Assembly: GCA_030390025.1 (NCBI GenBank)
Contig: CM059446.1
Span: 13,950,001 to 14,014,000 of the forward strand
Direction: 5' to 3'
Length of the DNA stretch: 64,000 bases
Source of the DNA: Squalus acanthias
Lineage: Eukaryota
Positions within the stretch are counted from its first letter, which is position 1, and each line of letters starts with the position of its first letter. The translations under genes and the position numbers were made by a program. This document shows positions 1 to 11,330 of this stretch, piece after piece. Below the pieces are notes generated by a model. It did not search any database, had not been told where the DNA came from, and worked only from the letters and a program-made list of their open reading frames with translations.

Positions 1-199
1 TTCATTGAGGCATTCACAGTTTATATGGAGCTAGGTGATGTTAATCATTACTACTATATACCCATCTTATCTCATTGTATAAAATGCTATAAAGTTATTT
101 TACATTTCTGAAGGTGATGCTGCAGTCTTGGTAACACAGGATAGGTGTGCAGCTAAAATGCTTCAATAGAAGTTACTGTTGAAATGGTCTTAGCTAAGA

Positions 200-735
200 T
201 TAGGATGGTTAAAGCTTACGGGGCAGCTAGTCCCGACTCCATGTTTCCCAGAGTACTAAAAGAAATTGGGGAAGTCATATGGCTCATGTTCAACAGTTAA
301 TTGAGATCTGGGCTGGTTCCCATGGATTGGAGGGAGGCTCAATGTGTCTCATTATTTAAGAAACAAAAGAATCTGGACCGAAGAAAATATAGGCTGGTGA
401 ATTTGACATGAGTTGCAGATCAGAAATATATGGGGTGTGATTTTTAATCACTTGGAGAGTTTGGCAGTTGTTAAAGATTCCTAGCATGGCTTCAGGAAAC
501 ATAAGTCCTACCTCACTAACCTGTTCTGAGTTCTTTGAGGAAATGGCCACCACAGTTGATGATGATACTCCTAATATTCTATATCTTCACAAAGGTGTAC
601 CTTTCCTCCAGAAAGCATTGAATAAAATACTATTAGATAAAATTGGGCTCATATGGGTTTATTGGACAGATATTAGGCTTTACGGGTAAATGGCTGAGCA
701 GAGGGTTGTTATTAATGGGAGTGAATCTGAATAGG
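200..735 (+). mobile_element. Decayed CR1-type LINE ORF2 (reverse transcriptase) fragment
   Basis: Frameshifted translation gives CR1 RT landmarks: PRVLKE (cccagagtactaaaagaa), DWREA, YRLVNLT, HGFRKHKSYLTNL, EFFEEM..VDD, RVVINGSESE. Confidence 0.8.
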
Positions 736-741
736 GCCTCT

Positions 742-1304
742 TTTTTATTCCTTTAAGGGATGTGGGCATCACTGGCATTTATTGCCCATCCCTAGTGACC
801 TTGAGAGGATGGTAGTGTGCCTTCTTCTTGAATCGCTGTTAGCTGTTCGATACAATGGCTTGCTAGGCCTCGTCATTGGTGAGGTACTGGTGTCACATGT
901 AGGCCAGACTGCCGTCTTTCAGATGAGACATTAAACCGAGGCCCCATCTGCTCTCTCAGGTGGACATAAAAGATCCCATGGCATTATTTCGAAGAAGAGC
1001 AGGGGAGTTAACCCCAGTGTCCTGGCCAATATTTATCCCTCAATCAACATCACAAAAACAAATTATCTGGTCATTATCACATTGCTGTTTGTGGGACCTT
1101 CCTGTGCACAATTGACTGCCGCATTTCCCACATTACAACAGTGACTACACTTCAAAAGTACTTCATTGGCTGTAAAGCACTTTGGAACGTCCGGTGGTTG
1201 TGAAAGGTGCTATATAAATGCAGGTCTTTCTTTTCGTTTCAGTGTCCGCCCTTAAAGAATATTAGTTTTTAAGGCAATCCAACAGTTTTCATGGGCACTT
1301 TTAC
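742..1304 (-). mobile_element. Shark tRNA-SINE-like element (minus strand) split by a DeuSINE insertion
   Basis: 742-910 (gatgtgggcatc..atttattgcccatccct..tcacatgtaggccagac) is the reverse complement of the tail seen at 37310-37430. 1240-1304 (cttaaagaatattag..caatccaacagttttcatgggcacttttac) resembles the continuation of this family as I recall it. Confidence 0.55.
911..1235 (+). mobile_element. DeuSINE (SacSINE1/AmnSINE1-like), 5'-truncated
   Basis: gatgagacattaaaccgaggcccc..aaagatcccatggca..gtcctggccaatatttatccctc..aaaggtgctatataaatgcaggtctttctttt; aligns by eye to the full copy at 17704. Confidence 0.9.
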
Positions 1305-2164
1305 TAGAGTAACCATACGTCCCCGTTTTCCAGGGACAGTCCCTGGATGAGGTACTGTGCCCCTGAGCAAACAATGTCCCCGGAAAATTCCCCGGTTCAC
1401 AAAACTCGTCCCTGAAGTGTACCCCTGGGCAGTTAGAGCACCCCCTAAGTGGTCAGTTTGTGGCTCTAAGGCTAAATTAAACAATAACTTGCACAATGGC
1501 CAGAGTGACCCACTGCGCACGCGCGACTGGGCTGTCTTCCTGCGCATGTGCCAGTTGTTGTTTCTGAGTATCCAGCCGAGCTCGTGCTGCTGGAGTGTCG
1601 GCGCTGGAAGTGCTGAGAGTGGCAACCGGAGCGGGTGAGGGAGAGGCTGTGGGGGGCGGGCCCGGTCACAGTCACCAGGGGAAGGACGGGGGCGGGCTAA
1701 TCCTAGACGCTGTGGAGGGTCAGGTGTGACATCAGTCATGGGGGGGGGAGGGGGCGGCAGTGGGTCAGGTGTGACATCAGTCATGGGGGGGGGGAGGGGG
1801 CGGCAGTGGTTCAGGTGTGACATCAGTCATGGGGGGGAGGGGGGATAGTGGGTCAGGTGTGACTTCAGTCACTGGTGGGTGGTCAGGTGAGAGCTCAGTC
1901 ACCGGGGGGGGGGGGGAGCTAGATGTGACCTCAGTCACTGGATGAGGGTGTCTGAATGCGCTTCAATAGTGTGACCTCACATCCGCGGCAATTAAATGCA
2001 CATTTGTTTTGCATTTTTGGTGTATATGTGCAACTGTTGAAATATAGGCAGCTAAAAAATTTTGCCTCGCTACGCTGTGCAACCTACATTTTCCGTCCTG
2101 GCTACTTTGCTGCGCTCCCGCCTTGTGTGGCCCCGGATTCTGTTTAGAAAATATGGTCACCCTG
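1305..2164. mobile_element. Non-autonomous hAT (Blackjack-like) DNA transposon
   Basis: Imperfect TIRs TAGAGTAACCATA (1305) and TATGGTCACCCTG (ending 2164; rc CAGGGTGACCATA). Subterminal GTCCC motifs. No 8-bp TSD recognisable. Confidence 0.65.
1715..1945 (+). repeat. G-rich tandem repeat (~40-45 bp unit, ~5 copies) inside the hAT element
   Basis: Repeated GGTCAGGTGTGACATCAGTCATG(G)nAGGGGGCGGCAGTG units. Confidence 0.9.
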
Positions 2165-2417
2165 GTGTAGCAGGCCCAGCTGCCCAACATGGGACCTCAC
2201 CTAGGCCAAAACTAAACAGTTTATATTATAACTAACCCAGAACAAATCAGTAAACTGAACCAGATTGAAATGAATGCTGAGTGCTAATCAGTGGGCGACT
2301 GTAAAGAGCCACAGCCCAGGAACAGAAGTGCTGCATGCAGCTCACAAGGCACGGGTTGTCCACCCCATATGAACTACATGCTCCTCCCCTCATCTACCTT
2401 TCTTCAATAACAGATTC

Positions 2418-2527
2418 CAACAGTGGCTCCACTTCAAAAAATAAAGTACTTAATTGGTTGTAAAGCGCTTTGAGATATCCGGTGGTCGTGAAAGGCGCTG
2501 TATAAATGCAAGTCTTTCTTTCTTTCT
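2418..2527 (+). mobile_element. DeuSINE 3' fragment
   Basis: caacagtggctccacttcaaaa..gtaaagcgctttgagatatccggtggtcgtgaaaggcgctgtataaatgcaagtctttcttt. Confidence 0.85.
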
Positions 2528-2836
2528 GCACAGTCACACCCACCTTCTGGGATAAGCTAAAATTCCATAATTCCCAATATGTATCTTCCTTTGTTACATA
2601 TATTTCCAGTCCATGCTTCAGCAATTCGGTAAACACACTTAAATTGTGCTCATTACGTCTATCTTAAATTTTTTGTACCTCTTTCTGTCTGTTTGTGTTG
2701 CATAAATTTATTTCCCATTTACCTTATTTCTCTGTCCCCTTTACCACTTCCAAGTTCTGCATATCCAATTCTGATTCATCCCCCTTCCATATCTTGCTTA
2801 CAAGAATCTGCTTCCTTCCTCTTTATTAGAGTCTAA

Positions 2837-3403
2837 AGGCGAGAAATTTGGTGCATTTGCAAATGACTTTTTGCCCGGGCGCAGCACCGCTAATGATGTC
2901 ATCACCTTGCGCAGCACCCCGTTTTCGCCCCGCCTACAAAATTGGCCCGCACCCACTGAATCTGCGCCAGGCAATGACAGCGACCGACTTACTTGTCGCA
3001 GCCAGTTGAGTCTTTGAACATGGGGTCTGTGCCGCGATCTGGCAGCCTGGCACTTCTCTTGAGTGCCGGGCTACTGCCATGGCACCCCGTTCCCTGGTGG
3101 TCCAGGTAGGGCCCCAGTGGTCCAGGTAGGGCCCCGCAGAGTTGTGAGCTTGGGCTCTCCCCTTTAATGAGGGGAATAGCCTTTCCATGCAGCAGCGCTA
3201 CGTAGCCCAGTGCGTAGCGCTGCAGAACACACTGCCCCGATATTCGGGGTTAGCACTCCAAGAAGGAAGTGGTGCACTTGATTTAGCGCTCCACCTCCCT
3301 CTTGGGATGCTAAAACTGAAGTTAGCGATCGCCGGTGCTATTTTGTGCCAGGCGCCCAGGTGGTGTTAGCAACCCAAAATGGTCGCTACCGAATTTTTCC
3401 CCC
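2837..3403. mobile_element. PIF/Harbinger-type MITE
   Basis: TIRs AGGCGAGAAATTTGGT and ACCGAATTTTTCCCCC (12/16 match). TAA on both flanks (2834-2836, 3404-3406). CpG-rich interior. Confidence 0.75.
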
Positions 3404-6400
3404 TAAGTGTCTTTGTTTCTTATCCTATTTAGATGCAATATCTGTCCTATACCAGCCAAATTTATCCCAAAAATAATCTCAACCATTTAGAAAACCAACA
3501 CGATGCGACTGAACTCAACAAGCCAGCCACTCAATTTCTTCTGAAATTCTACTCAAGAACTCACTACTTTAATGAAAGTCTGGCAATAATCCAGAAAACA
3601 CAACTTCGTAAGGTAAATGCAATAACATTTGCAGACGTCACGTGGTCAGGTGCCATGTGCTCAGAATGCCATGTGATCAACCCTCCAGGAATACCTCCAA
3701 CCAGAGTTGGCAATGCTACGGCTAACTTAATGCCTCACCCTATGAAAGGTAGATAGAAGGCAGGCGGAGAAACTAAAGAGGGGACAAGAATAGATGAAGA
3801 AATAGAACAGAATAAAATAGATCAAAATTCAAAAATTGTACGTAGCTGTGAGATTCCTGTACATATGAAGCCTTCACCCATGAAAAAGCATAATGTACCA
3901 TCACCAGTGCAATAAACTATACTGATTAAAATAACCAAGGAGACAACTGCACCCATATTTTATTTGGGCCGCAAACATCTTTCTAGGGCAAATTTCTACA
4001 CTAATTGAAAGTGTACAGTTTTCTTAAATTTCTACTTTTTAAAAATAAGTATCTATTCTCACCAAAGTGAGGATGTTAGTACAAGGGAATGACTAGCCAC
4101 CCAATATCAGCATCAAACGTTTCCCTGCCCCCACCCACCCACAGTTCTATCGCAGTTAGGTGCCGAGAAAAGCTTTCTTTTCTCAGCCCATATAATGTGC
4201 TTTCCCGGCAAGCTTAGAAAAGCAACTCCTTCCATTTCCCACACCGTCCACCCTTTTATCTTTGACGGGTGAGGCTGTTAACTTAGTGCCATGCTGTGCC
4301 AAATTGTAGCGAGGTATGCGCTGTGCATCCATACCCAGGTATAGATGGCTTCTATGACTGGATAGCCCACTGACATGCGCAGTCTAGATTCAAAGATAAA
4401 GAATGCCCACTTGTTTGAGTTACTGGAGGCTTGCTACTGGCTGTAGAACTGTACCTGAGCAAGTCTCGAGAGCAGGAGAAAAACTGCTCACAGAACCCGG
4501 ATTGTTTTCCGCAAAGGCTCCCACTTTACACTCTCTGCTTAATTACTTGCAATTCAAAGTCCACAACAACATGCATTTAAAAGTCTCAGTAATGCTCAAT
4601 TAACCCTTCCAGTTTAGTGTGCTAACAGTCTGTTATTTTTTACTGGGTTAAATATTTACAAAGGAGAGTGGTGCTGCAGCATAAAATTTTGATAATGAGA
4701 GAGTTCACTGTATCAACAGTAAGAGTTTAGATGCAAGTATTGCAGTCTGAATGAAATTAAATCCCCAGTGTAAGGGGGATACATTGCAAGTAATCAAGTA
4801 TACACTTCACTGCTGAAGCTTTTAACAAAGTCAAAGGATAGTTTCAAGAGCAGTTATTTCAAACTAGGATCACTTCAACAAGTTATGTCATTTTTTTCCC
4901 CTTAATGAGCGCTTCCAGCTGAATTGTGGCCATTCAGATTAATAAATTGTAACAGTTACCATCAATATGCATTTGTGAGTCTGTCAGCTTTGTGACATGT
5001 GTTGCCCAATGGGACAGTTTATCCTGTATCCTTGCAAATTGCTAAACAAACAAAGGACTTGATTTTCAGTAGTGCCCCAAAATGTCAAAAGTGAGCTATT
5101 TTCAGTAAACTCATGACACAGATCTGAAAGTGATGGAGTGTTTGAACTTAGCTCTATAAACTACATGCTACTGATACAAGAGCATAACATATGCATCAAA
5201 AACACTGTTCTCCACAGATACAAAGAAAGCACTGTAGCAGGCTGGCACCAGTATGATGTTAGTATTACTCCGTCTTGTGAGAAGGCCTCAGAACAGGCTT
5301 AAACTGTTTGAATGGTTTTGCTGTACTGCAGCCAAAAATGACATGGAACTCAGCAAAACCCTAGCCCTGAATCCATAATCCTATGACCTTGTTAATGCAT
5401 ACTCTGAAAATAGGAAGTGGGTCTAAAAGCATTAGGAGGCAGGTTTATGACTTTCAACCACTAATGGCCCTGCAAGACTGCAAACCTTCGGGGTCCACCT
5501 AAGCTGTTGATAACAACATTAAAAAGTAAACAGCCTGGTAACACAGCACTTGTTTCCCAACTAGATGCTGTCAGACATTCTGGGGTAGCTTATCACAAAA
5601 ACAGGCTAACTTTAGCCAGTGAAGTATTATTAGCTCTCGACTGTTGGCTATATATTAACATGGTATTCCAACAGAGAAGAAAAATCTGACACTGTCCATC
5701 TTGCTTGACTTCAATCTAGCTGCCTTGTGGCCAAATCATGGAGTGGCATTATAGGCAATTGCAAAAACAGCAAGGGGTTTAATTTCCTCTAATGACACAC
5801 TTCTAACCACATTTGTATAATTATTCCTCTATATACGATTGTAACAGATGTCGAGCCTTTTATTTTTTAGCACTAGGCAGTGCCCTACCAGAGGAGATCA
5901 AACCCCTGAATGTCCAGGATGTCCAATCCTCTTGGCCGCAGGAAAGATGGTGGTGTAGACTGAGCATTGTGGAGGGGGGAGGGAGTGGAAATCAATGGAA
6001 GAAGTCAAAATTACTGGAACACCTCTCCTTCAATTTTGTCTTTCATGTACTCTCACATTCTGATACAATACGCAATTCAACCATACATGATCAGCGACTA
6101 GAAGTCAACCTGTTTGACTGCATACAATTGTGGGTTCATTCCCCCACTTAGAAACACTACCAGAATATTTATGATAAGCATGTTTCTAATCATTATTGCT
6201 TTCTGAAATTTCACCCACATGAATTTCAAAGCATAAATGTAAGTTATTTATCAACGTAATTGCAGTGGTTAAAATTTATGTTTTGAGCTAAATGTAAAAC
6301 GTGCTCCTGCGTTGGTGACAGCTGCCCATGCAATATGATTCATTCATAAATACTGCTTAACTCAGCCAATTCATAATGTTGTAAGTGAATGCAGTCTGGC

Positions 6401-7181
6401 TTTATTAAGATCTCTGCTGCAAACAAATTTAAATCACACATTTCCAATGTAAAACGTTTGTAGTAAACTCTAGATCAAGCAGAACAATTAAGGTGTATAT
6501 AATATTTTGGATTTAGACAGTTGCTATTTGTGTACCACAGCTAATCAAGCACATGGATATGATTATTTAGGCCAGATTATAATCATACAATCATAAAATT
6601 TGTTTAACAACACCCAGTTTCAGTCAACCTAATACCTTAATGTGACTTTAATGAAAAAATCCTGCATGAGGAATGTCGATGGAGAAAATTAAAAAAATTA
6701 CCAGAGTCCGAAATTCTGAAACTGTGATAAGAAGAAATATCAACACAGAGACCTTTAAGCACACTGTGAACTGAAAATGTCAAAGCTTTTCCTTACTTCA
6801 TCTTTTAGAATACACAGCAAAAGGTATCATTTGGAGGAAAAATTAATGCTTGAAATGAGCTGGATGGTAAAGAAAAGAGCGGAAGTTAAATTGGCTGCAA
6901 TGTTGTCCTCGGAAAGTTTCAATAGCTTTGTCACAAAGGCTTCCATCTTCTTTTACTCTCTGTTGAATTTGGTACATTGCAGGCCCAACTCCAAGTTACC
7001 ATGTGACCAGAAGGCAGCAAAATGCTTCAACACTGTGGTCTCGCTTTTTCCTGCCTTTTTAAGTTCCCATTCACCATCCATTTCCTTTTGGAAAATGCGG
7101 TCCCTGAACTGTTTGTTAAGATGTGTGTGAAAGGGGCATGAATTAACACACACAACAATTTTCACTCTTTATATAGAGTAT

Positions 7182-7353
7182 TACATAGAATTTACAGCAC
7201 AGAAACAGACCATTCAGCCCAACTGGTCTATGCCGGTATTTATGCTCCACACGAGCCTCCTCCCACCTTACTTCATCTCACCCTGTCAAAATATCCTTCC
7301 ATTCCTTCCTCCCTCATGTACTTACGTCGCTTCCCCTTAAATGCATCAATGAC
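7182..7353 (-). mobile_element. CR1 LINE 3' end
   Basis: acatagaatttacagcacagaaacagaccattcagcccaactgg.. is the reverse complement of a CR1-type 3' UTR and tail. Confidence 0.7.
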
Positions 7354-8135
7354 TTTGCTGTGGGATCAATGATATTTGAACACACACAATTACACCCACA
7401 TTGCGTCACACAAGAATTGATCATCCCTTTCTTCCCTGGAATCCAGTATCCACCTGGCAACTTCCCCTGAAGTGTTAGTTGAGGGTAAGAAATCATAATG
7501 CAGGGGATGTAAAACATTTCCTAGCATTCCACGTGAAGCACGTTGATATATCTCTGCGTTACACCACCAGATATTTCCTTTATTAAAAAGATAAAACCAC
7601 ACGTTACGAGAAAAGGGCATTTAACCTATTAAGCCTGCTCCTTCCACAGGCAATGTACAATCTACCCGTTCATGGATTCTACCAGACTTATTCAATCCCT
7701 TCAGAGAGAAAGTTCTGCCGAATTTCTTCCCAAACTCCACAAGTGAATGGAATCCAGATATCTATTCAAATCAAATCTCACCTATTCAATCCTGGCTGGT
7801 TGCTCTCCAAAGATGGGAGCTTCCTGGCCCAACAGCATAGGGTCAATTATGGTCCACCTCATCAGTGAGCGCATTCATGAGAGATGGTCCTACTGCTGTG
7901 TCTATACTTGTGTTACTGCACGTACCACCACAAACTACCTACCTAAGCCTCATCATGCACTGGTCCTGTTTTTGTGTCTCGGTAGCCATCTGCTGTGGTA
8001 TATCCACTGACTGAGTAGCTTGTTCTGCATATGGTGCTTCTGGACAGCCCACTCAAGATCTTGTTACACTGCGTAAGAACCGGCAATAGCCACTTCAGCC
8101 ATGCTATAAGGAAACAACTCGGATGTATTACTTAC

Positions 8136-8206
8136 CTCTTGTGCTGAAATTTTGAAATCTTCCCCTTCCTTTGTCGAACTAACTCACACAGTTGACTGTT
8201 TTCATC
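8136..8206 (-). CDS. Possible small internal exon (weak)
   Basis: Minus strand: tagcag|GATGAAAAC...CACAAGAG|gtaagtaa. Open frame DENSQLCELVRQRKGKISKFQHKR. Strong donor, poor polypyrimidine tract. Confidence 0.2.
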
Positions 8207-8614
8207 CTGCTATGCACAAGCCTCTTTTGGACTGACTTATGACTTAGCTTGAAAAGTCTAACAAGCAACTTTTTTGGAGTTAATTTTTGTAAACTCCTTT
8301 TATCCTAGAATCAAGACACAGATCTACAGCTATATACTGGTCTTACTCACTCTCTGAAGGGATTGAATAAGTGTTTTGTACTAACCAGCCCACAGAGGAA
8401 GATATGGTCTTAATTTATTTAACCAATGGGAAATGTGCTTCTTGTGAGCTGCAGCAGGAAATATGAATCTTCTCCGACCCCGAGATGAGATGCACATTTA
8501 AATAGAACTTTTGACCTAGTGGTTGGACAAGAATGGTTAAAACGTCATCAATACCTATAGACCAGCCAGTGAACCCCAAGACTCAGACCAGTGACCTCAG
8601 CAAAAGAACAAATC

Positions 8615-8988
8615 AATGAGCATCTTATCAAGTCTTCAGGACATCCTAAAACATTTTACATCCAAAGAATTGCTTTTGAAGTGCAGTCAGGTTGTCATGT
8701 AGGCAAAGATGGCAGCCAATTTACACACAGCAAGATCCCGCAAACAACAAATGAATGACTGACCAGTTAACCTGTTTTGGGCAGTTATGGTTGATGGAGA
8801 AATGTTGGCCAGGACATCAGGCAAATTCCTTGCTCATTTCTGAAATACTGCATGGGATCTTTCACATTCACTTAACCAGACCGACGGGACCTTGGCTTAA
8901 TGTCTCATCTAAAATACAGCACCTCTGATAATACAGCCCTCTCTCATTACTGCAATGAAGTGTCAGTCTAGATTTTGTGCTCAAATCC
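8615..8988 (-). mobile_element. DeuSINE, diverged copy
   Basis: Reverse-complement match to the SINE body (ttttgaagtgcagtc..ggcagccaattt..tgggatcttt..gtgtcagtctagattttgtgctcaa). Confidence 0.8.
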
Positions 8989-11122
8989 AAGAGAAGAGAC
9001 ATGTTTTTAAACCAAACATAGCACTTGAAGCTGTACAGAATTAATATTTACTTTAGTTAGGTGATGGCTGGATTCATTAATAAACTTCAGATATGACAAT
9101 GTGATAACGGACACAATAATAACACAACAGCAATAATGTATTGAAATGTCAATACCTGATGAGAAAATAAATAAACTAACAGTGAATTCATGCACGCCAC
9201 TTAATCCTAATCATTCCACAGAGCACTAAATTAATTTTCTCCAGGCACATAACATTGCAAATTAAAGATAATATATTTACTGGGCATTAATAACCAGCCC
9301 AGCAGCAAACACTCTAATGCAGTTTTACCTTACAAGTAAAGAAGTGGAACTCTGATATTTATTCTCTTTTCAATTTGTTTGGTAATGCATGTTAATTATT
9401 CTGAACCTGAGGACATAAATTTCAGCAACATAGCAGTTGCTTTTTCTCTGATAATGCACTGCTTCTTGTTACATTTCCAAACGCACCTCCATCATTCAAA
9501 ATGGGCTATTCCAGTAAAACCATTAATTTGACACACTCGTTAACAGAAACCTTTAAGGGCAACAGAATTTACATCAACTGTTTGACCCTAATGTCTGTGT
9601 TTTATAGATTTTTTTTCCCTGCACAACTGTGTAGTGTGTATCCAGAACTCTGTGCTTCTTTGCAAGCATCTCAGATAAGCAGTTTGACAGCCATGAAGTG
9701 ACAGACATCAATAGTAATCTGCCAAGGTTGCCCGTAACTGGACTCTCAGACAGCATAATCCACACCTGCATGACTGGAGGATGAACGCCTGGTTTTGTGC
9801 CCGACAGAAACCACTAACAACACTTATTAGATGTTTCCCAGCCTGATAAGTGGTCTGTGCTATTTTCTGGTTCACATTATTATATTCATTTTATAATGCC
9901 TCCGGAAGCTTGATACCTCAATACCTGAGGGTCCTGCTTCTGCCACCAAACGATGATTTAACATGACATGGTGACAGAAAACAGGGAAAAGGGATGGAAA
10001 TAAAAGAACAAGGGATCAAAACAACCATGTTTGGCTCACCGCATGGGGTGTGCCTATCAACACCAATAACTGTTAGCTCAAAACCTAGTGTCACATTGAT
10101 GGAAAAGGAAGATCACTCAGAGGGGTGCATCATCTGACTGGAAGATATCATTCCTATCCTTTCCCTTCCCTCTATGTATAACCCCCAGCCTTGTCATCGT
10201 ATGACCATCAGAAGCCTGCATGCAGATCTCTGACACATAGAATAATAATGGTTGTACATCACTGCTCTGAAAGTCCAATCATGTATCTTCACTTGGCACT
10301 ACCTCTGAGAGTCAATTACTTTATTGACATGCAATCTTCATAAGGAGAGAAATATTGTGCATGTAAGGTCATCTGGTTATGAAGACATATTATCATATTA
10401 TCTGCATAAAGGTTGTAGGGCCAGAACCTGACAGAGCTAATTATAGCAGTACATGATGCAGAGCTCACAGTATATTATGTACTTAACTGCATGACTGTAT
10501 TTTCTAGTTGAGAAATGAAGGCAATGTGATAAATCTGCAGTGTCACAAGCGAGACAGTGCAGTTTGTGTAATGCTGAGTTTTCTTCTTCAAACATTGGTA
10601 ACCAACATTTGGAAACAGCAGCTGGGATTAAAGGTGAGTTTAATATTCGTTCTGTAGCAAATCGGCCAACTAAAGCCAAGGCAACCAGTTATGCACATCA
10701 CTCTCCAGCTGGGGAACGGGGACTTAGTTCTGTGTATGAGTGCTTGCACACATGCAAAAAGCTCTGCTCAACAGAATCCAAATGCTAGTTAAAATTTAAT
10801 GTTAGCACAGAGCTAACCGTCCCGCTGGCTCTCTGCTAACATTAAGGTGATTAAAAATGAAGGTTAAAAACTTCCTGGACCGGGGGAGTCAATGGACCAG
10901 CTGGAACATTTTAACCATTTGCAGTTTATACTGTAGTGTGAAGCTGCTTCCCGGAAGTGGTCTCATCGACCCACTTACCAAAAGCTGCTTTTGCACTGCC
11001 CAGACCTGTGCCACAGTGGCACCAGTTCCCAAAACGTGGCTGGCACGCAGCTGGCTGCCACCTAAAAAACAAACCGAGCGGAATTTGCTACGGCTGATTG
11101 CTGAGAAGACCCATTTGTACCA

Positions 11123-11330
11123 GATCCGGAACGCACTGCCTGAAAAAGGGTTGGTGGAAGCAGATTCAATCGTAACTTTCAAAGGGGAATTGGATATTGT
11201 ACTAGAAAAGGAAACATTTGCAGGGCTACTGGGAGAGAGCCGGGGAGGGGTCAAATTGGAGAGCTCTTTCAAAGGGCCGGCACAGGCATGATGGGCCGAA
11301 TGGTCTCCTTCTGTGCTGCATGATTCGATC
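11123..11330 (+). mobile_element. CR1 LINE 3' end
   Basis: NALPEK..VEADSIVTFKGELD C-terminal motif followed by gatgggccgaatggtctccttctgtgctgcatgattc. Confidence 0.8.

Noticed and set aside
1269-1823. 184-aa proline-rich ORF
   Set aside because: It is the translation of the G-rich tandem repeat inside the hAT element.
6953-7105. Possible terminal exon on the minus strand after AAACAG/TTCAG
   Set aside because: No recognisable protein similarity and an ambiguous acceptor; cannot be supported.
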